The position numbers and the translations under genes are program-made. 64,000 bases of DNA from an uncultured Acidobacteriota bacterium. GTDB lineage: Bacteria; Acidobacteriota; Thermoanaerobaculia; UBA5066. The DNA lies in NCBI GenBank assembly GCA_963779415.1, contig CAVZYA010000003.1, forward strand, positions 320,001 through 384,000. Direction: 5' to 3'. This document shows, in pieces, positions 10,805 through 20,826 of this stretch (position 1 is the stretch's first letter; each line of letters begins with the position of its first letter). The notes beneath the pieces are model-generated. The model made no database searches, had not been told where the DNA came from, and saw only the letters and a program-made list of their open reading frames with translations.

Positions 10805-12925
10805 TCAGGAAGATCGGAGCGCCTGCCTGAATGCTGCGATGGTCTCGCGGAGGCCTTCCATGTCCCGAGCCTCGGCGCTCCCCCCGAACGACTCGCGGAG
10901 GTACGCTCGAACGACTCTCGTCGCGATGGCGTATCCGCCAGGGGCGACTCGCTTCGTCTCGGCGAGCGTCTCTGCGGGCACGGCCGACGCCGTCAGCCGC
11001 GCGCCGCGGCGCCGGAGGATCCGCTGAAGCTTCCGGTACGCCGCCGCTGCCGGCGGAAGACGTCCCGCGAAGCCCGTCGCACGACGAAAGACGAGAAGGC
11101 CGATAAGAGCCACGACGACCGCGACGCCGAGCGCCGCCGCCACGAGGCCGGCACGGCCCAGCTTCGTCCCCGTGGCGCGAAGGACGCCCCGGAACCGGTC
11201 GAGCGCGCCAACGGCCGACGCGGCGATCGTCCCGACCGTATCGCGAGCCGCACGGATCAGCTCGATCTGGTCTCCCTGCGTGAAGCCGAGAAGGTACCGG
11301 TCGTAGAGGAACTCCACGCCGTCCGAGATCTGCCGCAGCCGCGAGAGGAGAGGCACCCGGGTGACGCCGGGGACGCCCGCGGCCGGCGTCGGATCGAAGG
11401 GGACCCACCCCTTCTCGCCGCACCAGGCCTCGACCCACGCGTGCGCGTGCTCGCCCCGGATCAGAACGTAGTGGCCAAACGGCCCGATCTCCCCTCCGGC
11501 GAACCCCGCGACGAAGCGGCTCGGTATCCCGATCTCGCGCAGAAGGAGCGCCATCGCCGTCGCGAAGCTCTGGCAATGACCGCGCTTCTTCTCCGTTAGA
11601 AAGAGCTCCACCCCGTCCGGACCGGACGGCAGGCCTTCGAGCGCGTACGAGAAATCGGACCGGAGCCACCCTTCGAGCCGGGCCGCCGCGGCCTCCGGAT
11701 CCCGTCCGGGATCGATCCCCGCCGTCCGTTCGCGGGCGATCCGCGCGAGCGCCTCCGACGGGGGCGCGGCCGAAGTCTCCACGACGTTCCCCGGCGCGCG
11801 GTCCGGCTCCGGAGAGGGGGCGAGAAACGCGGTGTAGCGAAGAGTCCGGTCCGGCTTGTAGAAGAGCCGGAGATTTCGCGCCTGATCCCGCTCCAACTGC
11901 GCCGACGTCCAGCCACGGAACGAGGACTCCTCGAAGCGAAGGGCCATGCCGCGGACGGGGAAGGGAATGTAGCGGGAGTCGAGCGGCAAGAGGTCGATCT
12001 CGAACGAGTGACTCTCGTCCGGAATCGGAGTCCTCGGACCCCCGAGCGGCACGAAGGCGCCCCCGGCCGCCGGGAAGAGGCGGCCGCGCGCTTTCGGGTT
12101 CCTCCACGCGCGCCCGTCCCACGTCTCGTAGGCCGCCACGCGGAGGCGGAGGAGTCCCTCCTCCCAGCTCTCGCCGCTGCCGGCCGACGTGAGGCGGGCG
12201 AGGACCCGGTCGCTCTTCTTCAGCGTCCCGAAGAGATCGGGCTCGGCTGTCTCCGAGATTCCCGTCGTGATCTCCTGTCCGCTCGCGACGCCGCGGACGT
12301 AAGGAGTGCGGAGGCGCGGAAGAATCGCGAAGAACGGGACCGCGAGAATGAGGGCGGCGGCGACCGAAGCCGAGAGTGAGCCCCATCCGGGAAGGCCCGC
12401 GGCGCGCGGGTCGCGGCTCCATTCCTCGGGAGCGGCGGCGAGGTCGCGCAGGAGCGCCCACCGGACGAGGACGCGCCACGCCATGACGCCGAAGACGGCG
12501 ACGAAGAGAAGGATCGAGAAGTGGAAGGAGGTCGAGACCGAGGCGACGAAGAGGAATCCGCAGAGGATGAGCGCCATCGAAAGGTCGCGTTCCCGGCGGA
12601 GGGAGGCGAGCCGGAAGAGCATCGTGAAGAGGAGCAGGTGGAGCGTGGCCCGGAGGAGGCTGTGGCTTCCGTAGCGGATGTCGGCGTAGTAGACCGGGAG
12701 ATAGAGAAGGCCGGCGACGTTCAGGACCGCGTTGGACAGGCGAAGGATCTTTCGGCGCCGGGCGCGGAGGAGGATCGCTCCGAGCGCGAGGAGGTAGAGG
12801 GCGAGAAGCCCGACTTCGACCGCGTACGCGAAGAAGAGGGGGACGGGGGCGAGCGCCGCGAGCGTCCCGACCGCGAGGAGCCGCTCGCGGAGGAACGGAA
12901 GATCCGCCTCCGGCGCCGCCGTCAT
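10805..12925 (-). CDS. membrane transglutaminase-like protein (DUF3488 + TGc, TgpA-like)
   Basis: Multi-TM N-terminus; catalytic triad motifs GHCQSFATAMALLLR, HAHAWVE and FDPT. Confidence 0.9.
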   Translation of the reverse strand: MTAAPEADLPFLRERLLAVGTLAALAPVPLFFAYAVEVGLLALYLLALGAILLRARRRKILRLSNAVLNVAGLLYLPVYYADIRYGSHSLLRATLHLLLFTMLFRLASLRRERDLSMALILCGFLFVASVSTSFHFSILLFVAVFGVMAWRVLVRWALLRDLAAAPEEWSRDPRAAGLPGWGSLSASVAAALILAVPFFAILPRLRTPYVRGVASGQEITTGISETAEPDLFGTLKKSDRVLARLTSAGSGESWEEGLLRLRVAAYETWDGRAWRNPKARGRLFPAAGGAFVPLGGPRTPIPDESHSFEIDLLPLDSRYIPFPVRGMALRFEESSFRGWTSAQLERDQARNLRLFYKPDRTLRYTAFLAPSPEPDRAPGNVVETSAAPPSEALARIARERTAGIDPGRDPEAAAARLEGWLRSDFSYALEGLPSGPDGVELFLTEKKRGHCQSFATAMALLLREIGIPSRFVAGFAGGEIGPFGHYVLIRGEHAHAWVEAWCGEKGWVPFDPTPAAGVPGVTRVPLLSRLRQISDGVEFLYDRYLLGFTQGDQIELIRAARDTVGTIAASAVGALDRFRGVLRATGTKLGRAGLVAAALGVAVVVALIGLLVFRRATGFAGRLPPAAAAYRKLQRILRRRGARLTASAVPAETLAETKRVAPGGYAIATRVVRAYLRESFGGSAEARDMEGLRETIAAFRQALRSS

Positions 12926-13986
12926 GCGGCCTGCCCTCCGGACCGGATGGCCACCGAGAAGACGCTGATCGACGGCGGGGGGACGGCGGCGGCGGGGGCC
13001 GGATCCTTCGACGGCTCCACGAGGGCGAACGCCGTCAGCAGCGCGCGCCGGTGCGCGGGACCCGATCCGGGCGGAAGAAGCCGTCCGCCGAGGACGAGTC
13101 CGACCCGGCTTCCCCGCGCGAGGAGCTGAAGAGCGAGGCCCGCGGCCTCCGAGATCGCCGCTTCGAAGGCCTTCTCGAAGTCGGGCCCGGCGCCGGCCGG
13201 GCGCCGGACGTCGACGCGGATCAGTGCGTCCCTCCCTTCCTCGGCCGCGCGCTCCTTGATGATGAACTTTCCCTGCCGCGCCGTCTGGGGCCAGTGGACG
13301 TCGCGCGGGTCGTCGCCGAAGACCGCGTCGCGGAGATTCCGGATCTCGGCGCCTCGTCCCGAGCGCCGCGATCGCGGATCGCCGCTCTCGGCCTCGCGCG
13401 GATCGGGGCGCGGCGGCGGGCCGATCCGGAGAGCCGGATAGACGATCCGCTCGTCGGCCACCTCGCGAACCCTCCCCTTCCGGAAGAGGCCGATCGGGAA
13501 TCCGCTGTAGACGAGGAGCGACTCGGCGCGGCGCCGTCCCCGGTGCGTGAAGACGAGGTCCACCCCGCGACACTCCTCCGCTCCAGGCTCGATCCGCGAA
13601 AAGAGGATCGGCGCGGCCGCGCCGCCGATCTTGACGAGGAGGGCACGCCGCGGGAGCCGGCCGCGGTTCCGAAGGCGGAGGGTGAAGCGCGACGGCTCTC
13701 CCGCGAAGATCTCCGCCGGGCCATCGAGGCCGACATCGAGCCCCTCCACGTTCCGGCGCGAGACGACGCCGGAGACGACGAGCGCGCCGAGGAAGATCGA
13801 CACGAGGAGGTAGAGGCCGTTGTTCCCCGTGTTCGTGGCGCCGATGGCCACGACGAGGGTCATCAGGATGAAGCCGAGACCGAGATTCGTGACCCGGACG
13901 AGGATCCCCTTCTCGAAGATCCCCCGGAAGCGGCTCGCGGCCGGAGCCGGCTCGCGGACCGCGTCAGAGCGGGACGGGGGCTTCAT
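12922..13986 (-). CDS. DUF58 domain protein
   Basis: GATNTGNNGLYLL, FPIGLF and GDDPRDVHWPQTAR motifs; lies between MoxR and the transglutaminase. Start codon uncertain. Confidence 0.85.
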   Translation of the reverse strand: MKPPSRSDAVREPAPAASRFRGIFEKGILVRVTNLGLGFILMTLVVAIGATNTGNNGLYLLVSIFLGALVVSGVVSRRNVEGLDVGLDGPAEIFAGEPSRFTLRLRNRGRLPRRALLVKIGGAAAPILFSRIEPGAEECRGVDLVFTHRGRRRAESLLVYSGFPIGLFRKGRVREVADERIVYPALRIGPPPRPDPREAESGDPRSRRSGRGAEIRNLRDAVFGDDPRDVHWPQTARQGKFIIKERAAEEGRDALIRVDVRRPAGAGPDFEKAFEAAISEAAGLALQLLARGSRVGLVLGGRLLPPGSGPAHRRALLTAFALVEPSKDPAPAAAVPPPSISVFSVAIRSGGQAA

Positions 13987-14929
13987 CCAGGATCCGCTGG
14001 ATGGCGTCGCGCTCCTTGCGCCCGGCGGCGGTGGCGTCGAAGGCGCCGGGAAGCGTCGCGAGGACGCGGTGGGCAAGAACCGGTATCGCCACGCGCTTGA
14101 CGTCGTCCGGCGAGGCGAAGGCCCGCCCGGAGACGAGCGCCCGTGCCTGGATGGCCCGGAAGAATCCCTGCGCGCCGCGCGGCGAGACGCCGAGGATCAG
14201 GTCGCGGCTCTTCCGCGTCCGCGCGACGATCTCGAGGACGTAGTCCATCAGCTTGTCGACGACCGTCACCCTCTCGGTCGCCTCCTGGGCGTCCTTCAGC
14301 TCCGCGAGCGACATCTCCGGGGAGAGCGCCGCGAGGATCCGGTCGGCCCCCCCCGAGATCAGGAGGCGCCTCTCCTCGGAACGCTCCGGATAGCCGAGCG
14401 AGATCCGCATCAGGAAGCGGTCGAGCTGCGACTCGGGGAGCGGATAGGTCCCGAGATACTCGACCGGGTTCTGCGTGGCGAGGACGAGAAAGGGCTCGGG
14501 AAGCGGCCGGGTCACCCCGTCCGACGAGACGGCCCGCTCGTTCATCGCCTGGAGGAGCGCGGCCTGGGTCTTGGGCGTCGCGCGGTTGATCTCGTCGGCG
14601 AGGAGGACCGGAGTGAAGACGGGACCGGCGTGGAACTCGAACTCCTGCTTGCGCGCGTTGAAGACCGTCAGGCCGAGGATGTCCGAAGGGAGAGTGTCGG
14701 GCGTGAACTGGATCCGGTGGACGCCGACGCCGAGCGACCGGCCGATCGCCGTCGCGAGCGTCGTCTTCCCGACGCCCGGGACGTCCTCGATCAGGAGATG
14801 GCCCCGGGCGAGGAGGCAGACGACCGCGTCCTCCACGGCGGCGGCCGGACCGCGGTAAGCCGTCCGGACGGCGGCGACGAGGCGAGCGACGGGGTCGAGG
14901 ACGTGCGCCGGAGCCGGCACGGCGCTCAC
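13964..14929 (-). CDS. MoxR family AAA+ ATPase
   Basis: HLLIEDVPGVGKT, RIQFTPD, LADEINRA, ATQNP and PLPESQLDRF motifs. Confidence 0.94.
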   Translation of the reverse strand: MSAVPAPAHVLDPVARLVAAVRTAYRGPAAAVEDAVVCLLARGHLLIEDVPGVGKTTLATAIGRSLGVGVHRIQFTPDTLPSDILGLTVFNARKQEFEFHAGPVFTPVLLADEINRATPKTQAALLQAMNERAVSSDGVTRPLPEPFLVLATQNPVEYLGTYPLPESQLDRFLMRISLGYPERSEERRLLISGGADRILAALSPEMSLAELKDAQEATERVTVVDKLMDYVLEIVARTRKSRDLILGVSPRGAQGFFRAIQARALVSGRAFASPDDVKRVAIPVLAHRVLATLPGAFDATAAGRKERDAIQRILDEAPVPL

Positions 14930-16026
14930 GGCTTCTGCCCTCGCGCGACGGTCCCCTCGACGTAGCGCCGAAGCTCTTCGAGGGCGTCCCGCCGCGTGAC
15001 GAGAAGGCCGCCTTCCGACTCCACGACGGCGAGCCCCGAGACCCCGATGACGCAGACGGCCTTCCCGGGGACGAGGACGAGGTTGTTCGGAGCGTCGATG
15101 GCCGTGACGTCCCCTTCGGTGACGTTCCCGCGGGGGTCGGGCGTCCGGAACTCCCAGATCGCCTCCCACGAGCCGAGGTCGCTCCACCCGCAGGCGCAGG
15201 GGACGGTCCGGACGTCGCGCGCCTTCTCCATGACGGCGTAGTCGATCGAGACGGAGGGGGACGAGGAGAAGGATTCTTCGAAGGAAGAGAAATCCCCCGC
15301 AAGCCGGGCGGCATCCGCGCGCCGAACCGCGTCGAGTAAGTCGGGAGAGCAGCGCTTCATCTCTTCGAGAAGAAGAGCGCCCCGGAACACGAAAATCCCC
15401 GCATTCCAGAGGTGGCGACCGGAGGCCGCATACTCCCGGGCGCGGGCGAAGTCCGGCTTTTCCACGAAGCGCACCACCGGTACTGGCGCGCCCTCAGCCC
15501 CTTTCGAAGAAAATCCCGGGGCGGTCTCTCCCCTCTCGATCTCCATGTAGCCATAGCCGGTCTCCGGCCGCGTCGGCGGGATGCCGAGCGTGACGAAAGC
15601 GTCGCTCGTCCGCGCCGTCTCGACGGCCGTCCGGAGCGCGGTGACGAACGCTTCCTCGTCGCGGATTGCCTGGTCGGAAGGGAGGACGACGAGAACGGCT
15701 CCGGGCGCCTCGGCCTCGATGGCGAGCGCGGCCAATGCGATCGCCGGCGCCGTGTTCCGCCGCACCGGCTCGAGGACGAGCCGCGACTCGGCGACCTCGG
15801 GAAGTTCCTTCCGGACCTGCTCCGCGTGCGACCGCCTCGCGGAGATCCAGACGTTCTCCTCCCCCGCCACCCGCGCCGCCCGGCGGAACGTCTCCCGGAG
15901 GAGCGAATCGCGGCCGGCGAGCGGGAGAAAGGGCTTGGGCCTCGCATCCGTCGAGAGGGGCCAGAGGCGCGTCCCGCTCCCTCCGGCGAGGATCAGGGCG
16001 TGAACGACACGGGGAGTTCCGGACAC
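14926..16026 (-). CDS. manC: mannose-1-phosphate guanylyltransferase
   Basis: LILAGGSGTRLWPLS, EPVRRNTAPA, PETGYGY, FVEKP, SIDYAVMEK and WSDLGSW motifs. GTG at 16026 chosen because TAGAAT lies 7 nt upstream; ATG at 16035 is the alternative. Confidence 0.92.
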   Translation of the reverse strand: MSGTPRVVHALILAGGSGTRLWPLSTDARPKPFLPLAGRDSLLRETFRRAARVAGEENVWISARRSHAEQVRKELPEVAESRLVLEPVRRNTAPAIALAALAIEAEAPGAVLVVLPSDQAIRDEEAFVTALRTAVETARTSDAFVTLGIPPTRPETGYGYMEIERGETAPGFSSKGAEGAPVPVVRFVEKPDFARAREYAASGRHLWNAGIFVFRGALLLEEMKRCSPDLLDAVRRADAARLAGDFSSFEESFSSSPSVSIDYAVMEKARDVRTVPCACGWSDLGSWEAIWEFRTPDPRGNVTEGDVTAIDAPNNLVLVPGKAVCVIGVSGLAVVESEGGLLVTRRDALEELRRYVEGTVARGQKP

Positions 16027-16073
16027 GTCGCGCATTCTACGGGCGCGGCACGCCTTTCGCCTCGCGCCGTCCT

Positions 16074-16604
16074 TCAGAGAAGAGCCAGGAGAGCGGCCGC
16101 GAGGACGACCGCCACGAGAAGCCCGCCGAGAATGTCGTCCGCCATGACGCCAAGGCCCCCGGGGAGCGACTCGGCCTTTCCGACGGGCCCCGGCTTGACG
16201 ACGTCGACGATCCGGAAGAGGAGGAAGGACGCGGCGACGAGGCTCCAGAAGAGAAAAGGGGACGCCGTCCGCGCGAGCGCGTAGACGGGAAAGACCGAGA
16301 TCGCCTGCCCCGCCACCTCGTCGATGACCACCTCCGAAGGATCCTCGCGCCGGAGGAGCCTTGCCACCTTTCCCGAGACGACGATCCCGCCGAGAGACGC
16401 GACGACGGCAAAGACGACGAGGCCCCGAAGGCCGGCGAGGCGGAAGGACCCCTCGATGAAGGGAATGGCGAGGAGACTTCCCCACGTGCCCGGCGCGACG
16501 GGGAGGAACCCCGATCCGAACCATGTGGCGAAAACCGCGGCTACGGGAGCCGTGCCGAAGACCTCCCTCCACGTCTTCGGCGCCGCCCCTTGATTTCCGC
16601 TCAT
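16074..16604 (-). CDS. pgpA: phosphatidylglycerophosphatase A
   Basis: APGTWGS, DPSEVVIDEVAGQ, LFRIVDVVKP and GGLGVMADD motifs. Confidence 0.94.
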   Translation of the reverse strand: MSGNQGAAPKTWREVFGTAPVAAVFATWFGSGFLPVAPGTWGSLLAIPFIEGSFRLAGLRGLVVFAVVASLGGIVVSGKVARLLRREDPSEVVIDEVAGQAISVFPVYALARTASPFLFWSLVAASFLLFRIVDVVKPGPVGKAESLPGGLGVMADDILGGLLVAVVLAAALLALL

Positions 16605-16693
16605 GCCGGGCCTATCTTGCCCCCGTTCCTTCCGTGCCGCGCCTGCGGCGTGTCCTTTCCTCCCGCCGCCCCCCTCGGCCGAACGTCGAAACC

Positions 16694-16699
16694 TATAAT
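16694..16699 (+). promoter_or_regulatory. sigma70-type -10 element of recA
   Basis: Perfect TATAAT 40 nt upstream of the recA ATG in a GC-rich context. Confidence 0.55.
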
Positions 16700-16738
16700 C
16701 CGCCGTCTCTCGAAAGGAACGGGAAAGAGAGGACCTGA

Positions 16739-17824
16739 ATGGTCGAAGCCAGCAAGGAAAAGCTCAAGGCGCTCGAGCAGGCCGTCGCGCAGATCGACCG
16801 CCAGTTCGGAAAGGGAGCGCTCGTCCGTCTCGGAGACAAACCGCACGAGACGATTGCCGCCATCTCCAGCGGCTCCATCGCCGTCGACGCCGCACTCGGC
16901 ATCGGCGGCGTCCCCCGGGGCCGCGTCGTCGAGGTCTTCGGCCCCGAGTCGTCGGGCAAGACGACCCTCACCCTTCACATCATCGCCGAGGCGCAGAAGC
17001 GCGGCGGGCTCGCTGCCTTCATCGATGCCGAGCACGCGCTCGACCCCGATTACGCCAAGAAGCTCGGCGTCGACGTGGACAACCTGATGGTCTCGCAGCC
17101 GGACTCCGGCGAGCAGGCCCTCGAGATCGCCGAGGCGCTCGTCCGGTCGGCCTCCATGGACGTCGTCGTCATCGACTCCGTGGCGGCCCTCGTCCCGAAG
17201 GCCGAGCTGGAAGGCGAGATGGGGGACGCGGTGGTCGGACTCCAGGCGCGCCTCATGTCGCAGGCGCTTCGAAAGCTCACCGCGGTCGTCTCGAAGTCGA
17301 AGACGACGCTCATCTTCATCAACCAGATCCGGGAGAAGATCGGCGTCATGTTCGGCAATCCCGAGACGACGTCGGGAGGTCGGGCGTTGAAGTTCTACTC
17401 GTCGATCCGGATCGACATCCGCCGGATCAACGCGATCAAGGACGGCGAAGAGGTCGTCGGCTCGCGGACGAAGGTGAAGATCGTCAAGAACAAGGTGGCC
17501 CCTCCCTTCAAGGTGGCCGAGTTCGACATCGGCTACGGCGAAGGGATCTCGAAGACGGGCGAGCTGATCGACCTCGGCCTCGAGCAGAAGATCGTCGAGA
17601 AGTCGGGGGCCTGGTTCAGCTACGGCGACCTCCGGATCGGGCAGGGGCGGGAGAACTCCAAGCAGTTCTTCCGCGACAACCCGGACATCGCCGCGGAGGT
17701 CGAGAAGAAGATCCGCGAACGGCTCGGCCTCCCGACCGGCGACGTCGTCGCCGGTCCCGCGCCCGCCCCTTTGCCAGCCCCGACGCCGCACCCGAAGTCG
17801 TCCTTCCCGGATCGGAAAAAGTAG
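16739..17824 (+). CDS. recA: recombinase A
   Basis: [27 protein letters not shown] and [10 protein letters not shown] motifs. Confidence 0.98.
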   Translation: MVEASKEKLKALEQAVAQIDRQFGKGALVRLGDKPHETIAAISSGSIAVDAALGIGGVPRGRVVEVFGPESSGKTTLTLHIIAEAQKRGGLAAFIDAEHALDPDYAKKLGVDVDNLMVSQPDSGEQALEIAEALVRSASMDVVVIDSVAALVPKAELEGEMGDAVVGLQARLMSQALRKLTAVVSKSKTTLIFINQIREKIGVMFGNPETTSGGRALKFYSSIRIDIRRINAIKDGEEVVGSRTKVKIVKNKVAPPFKVAEFDIGYGEGISKTGELIDLGLEQKIVEKSGAWFSYGDLRIGQGRENSKQFFRDNPDIAAEVEKKIRERLGLPTGDVVAGPAPAPLPAPTPHPKSSFPDRKK

Positions 17825-17825
17825 C

Positions 17826-20804
17826 GTGCGGAGGGCCCGGCCCCTGGGCCTCGCCCTCCTGCTCGCGTTGCTCGGCGGAGCGGGCGCCGCGGCCGGCGAC
17901 GAGCCGGCGCCGTTCGCCACGGCGTGGATCGTCGTCTCCCCGGGCGACCCGAGAATCACGGCGCTCCAGAAGGCGCCACCGTTGCCCCTCTCGCCGAACG
18001 CTCCGGGCCTCCTACTCGAGGTGCCGGCGACCAGCTTCGGTGATGCCGGGTCCGTGGAGTCGGCGCGCCGCCTCGTCTCGTTCGCGCATCGTTCGGGATG
18101 GAGGTCCGGCCTAGCGCTCGACCTTCCCGACACGGCCGTCCCGACGGACCCGCGCGCCGCCGAAGCCTCGACGCCGGAGACGCTCTATCCCGGTCTCGGG
18201 ACGCTCCTTGCGGCTTCTGCCGGAGCGGACCTCTTCGTCCTCGGCTTTCCGGCGCTCGAAGAGAAGTCCCTCCCGGCCCGGCGCTTCGTCCTCCGGAAGG
18301 TTGCCTCGTCGATACGAGCGGCAAGTCGCTCTTCCCGAGTGGACCTCCTCGTCGATGCGCTTTCCGGCGCGCCGCCCTTCTCGATCGCCGCCCGCGAGTT
18401 TCTCACCGAGGATGTCGCTGCCTACGTGGACCTCTTCGGCCTCCGCGCGCAGGCGCCTCTTCCCTCGCCTTCGGCCCTCAGGGCCGCCGCCGACACGGTC
18501 GGAGAAGGCCGTCCGCTCCTCCTCGTCGTACCGGATCAGGCCGACGCGGCGTCACTTCTCGACCTCGTCGGCCGCTATGCGCCGGCGGGAGTCCCGGCCC
18601 TCGCGGCTCGGCTCCGGCCGGACGGGGGCGACGACACCGCTCTCCTCCGGTTCGGGCGGCTTCTCGCGGGGGACTTCGGCCCCGACGCGCGGGGCGCCTC
18701 CGTCTGGACCGTCGGCGAATCACCCCTCGCGGCCTACCGGTTTCTCGCGAAGGCCGATCTCGGGGGTGTCGTCCTCGTTCCCGGGATCGGCGCCGACGGA
18801 GGACCGTTCCGCGGCGAGATCCTCGTGACGCTCGACGCCGACACGTACTCCGCCTTCGAGGTGACGGAGCTTTCGACCGGCCGGAGCGGTCGCTTCGCGA
18901 TCCCGCCGATGAAGGGTCCGCCGACGCTCACCCTCTCGACGGTCTCGGGGCCGCTGGCCGTCGTCCTCGTCGCGCGCAAGCTTCCTCCGGCCGAGCATCA
19001 CCGCGCCTCGGAGGAGGCGACGGCGTCCCGGGGGATCACGGTCGAGGAGATTCTCGCCCGCCATCAGGCCTGGCGCGCCGCCCGCGACGCCCGCTGGAAA
19101 CGCCTCCAGGCTCGGAACACGACCTCCTACCGGATCCGCCTCGTCGGGCTGAACGAGTCCGCGGATCTGACGGTTTCCGGGGCCTTCTTCTTCGAACCCG
19201 GAAAGGGGTACGACTGGGTCTGGGAGGAGGCCTTCTTCAACGGAGTCCGGTGGCCGGGAAAGACCGTCCCGAAGCTCCCTCTCCTCCAGCCCGAGAAGGT
19301 CTCGGAGCTGCCGCTCGCCCTCACGTTCAACGATGCCTACCGGTACCGCCTCGACGGGGAGGAGGTCGTCGGCGGCATTCCCTGCTGGCGCCTCGCCTTC
19401 GAGCCGGTCGCGGAGTTCTCGGACCAGCCGATTTTTTCCGGAGACGTCTTCATCTCGCGCCAGGACTTCTCCGTCATCCGCGTCCGGTCGCGGCAGATGA
19501 ACCTGAAGGGAGACGTCCAGGCGGCGGACGAGACGACCGACTTCGAGATCGTCGCGCCCGCAAGCGGCGGCCCCGCGATGCGCTTCCCCGTCCATGTGAA
19601 GGGATACACCGTCTTCCGGACCTTCTCGCGCACGACGACGATCGAGCGCGAGACGAAGCTCACAGAGGTCCTCCTCGATCCGCCATCTTTCGCGGAGACA
19701 AAGGCGGCGGCCCTCGCCTCCAACGCGGTCATGGTGCGGGACACCGAAGCGGGGGTCCGGTACCTCGAGAAGACGAAGGAGGGCGAGCGGCGTCCGGCCA
19801 TGAAAGCGAAATCGAGCCAGCTCTTCGGCCTCGCCGGCGTCCTCGTGGACAAGGCCTACTCGACGCCGCTCCCTCTCCTCGGCGTCTACTACGTCGACCT
19901 CGACACCAACCGGGCGGGAGACCAGACCCAGGTCGTCTTCGGGGGGGTCCTCCTGGCCGGCTCCTTCAACCGGCTGGACCTCTTCGGGACGAAGCTGGAG
20001 GCGGGTGCGGACGTCTTCGGCATCGCCATCCGCGCGAACAACACCGTCTGGGCCGACGGCGCGAGGGTCGACGCCGAAACCGTGGGGACGCGCTCCTTCG
20101 GGGTCAACCTGAACCTCGCCTATCCGATCCTTCCTCATCTGAAGGTGGCGTTCACCCTGGGTGGCGGACACCGGGACTTCGGCGCGACGTCCACCACCGC
20201 GCCGGACTTCGCCATTCCCGTCGATCACTGGCTCTACAGCCTCGAAGGTCGCATGACGTTCGACGCGGGCGGCTACAACCTCACCGGAACCTACGGCTGG
20301 AATCGACGGTCGCGATGGGAGCCGTGGGGATATGCGGGAAACCCCGACTATTCCCCGGACCGCGACCGATTCCAGACGTGGAGCACGACCCTCGCGAAGG
20401 ACTTCTACTTCCCGAGCTTCACCTACCTCACCGCTTCCGGGTCCTGGATGGGCACGGCGAACGCCGACCGCTTCTCGAAGATCACGACCGGGGAGTTCGG
20501 CCGCACCTTCCTGATCGGATTTTCCTCGGGGAGCCTTCGCGTCGAGCAGGCCCTCAGCCTCCAGAGTTCCTTCGGCGTCTCGATCGGGACCCTTTTCCGC
20601 CTCGCGGTCGAATACGACGAGGCCTGGGTCTGGGACGTGCCGTCGGGCTATTCCGGGACGAGCTTCGCGGGCGCCGGGATCATCGGCAGCCTCCCCGGGC
20701 CCTGGTCGACGCTCCTCCGGTTCACGGTCGGAACTCCCGTCATCGGGCGCGACAAGGGGTATGGCGGGGTCACGGCGGCCGTGAACGTCCTCGTGATCTT
20801 CTGA
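17826..20804 (+). CDS. large secreted hypothetical protein with a probable C-terminal outer-membrane beta-barrel and a central LolA/RseB-like segment
   Basis: Signal peptide MRRARPLGLALLLALLGGAGAAA; central YRYRLDGEEVVGGIPCWRLAFEP...FSGDVFISRQDFSVIRV; C-terminal aromatic-rich alternating strands ending in Phe (VNVLVIF). Domain calls are by eye. Confidence 0.7.
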   Translation: MRRARPLGLALLLALLGGAGAAAGDEPAPFATAWIVVSPGDPRITALQKAPPLPLSPNAPGLLLEVPATSFGDAGSVESARRLVSFAHRSGWRSGLALDLPDTAVPTDPRAAEASTPETLYPGLGTLLAASAGADLFVLGFPALEEKSLPARRFVLRKVASSIRAASRSSRVDLLVDALSGAPPFSIAAREFLTEDVAAYVDLFGLRAQAPLPSPSALRAAADTVGEGRPLLLVVPDQADAASLLDLVGRYAPAGVPALAARLRPDGGDDTALLRFGRLLAGDFGPDARGASVWTVGESPLAAYRFLAKADLGGVVLVPGIGADGGPFRGEILVTLDADTYSAFEVTELSTGRSGRFAIPPMKGPPTLTLSTVSGPLAVVLVARKLPPAEHHRASEEATASRGITVEEILARHQAWRAARDARWKRLQARNTTSYRIRLVGLNESADLTVSGAFFFEPGKGYDWVWEEAFFNGVRWPGKTVPKLPLLQPEKVSELPLALTFNDAYRYRLDGEEVVGGIPCWRLAFEPVAEFSDQPIFSGDVFISRQDFSVIRVRSRQMNLKGDVQAADETTDFEIVAPASGGPAMRFPVHVKGYTVFRTFSRTTTIERETKLTEVLLDPPSFAETKAAALASNAVMVRDTEAGVRYLEKTKEGERRPAMKAKSSQLFGLAGVLVDKAYSTPLPLLGVYYVDLDTNRAGDQTQVVFGGVLLAGSFNRLDLFGTKLEAGADVFGIAIRANNTVWADGARVDAETVGTRSFGVNLNLAYPILPHLKVAFTLGGGHRDFGATSTTAPDFAIPVDHWLYSLEGRMTFDAGGYNLTGTYGWNRRSRWEPWGYAGNPDYSPDRDRFQTWSTTLAKDFYFPSFTYLTASGSWMGTANADRFSKITTGEFGRTFLIGFSSGSLRVEQALSLQSSFGVSIGTLFRLAVEYDEAWVWDVPSGYSGTSFAGAGIIGSLPGPWSTLLRFTVGTPVIGRDKGYGGVTAAVNVLVIF

Positions 20805-20826
20805 CACCCCCTAGAATCCCTTTTCG

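Noticed and set aside
16605-16738. LexA/SOS box upstream of recA
   Set aside because: No match seen to CTGT-N8-ACAG, GAAC-N4-GTTC or GTTC-N7-GTTC.
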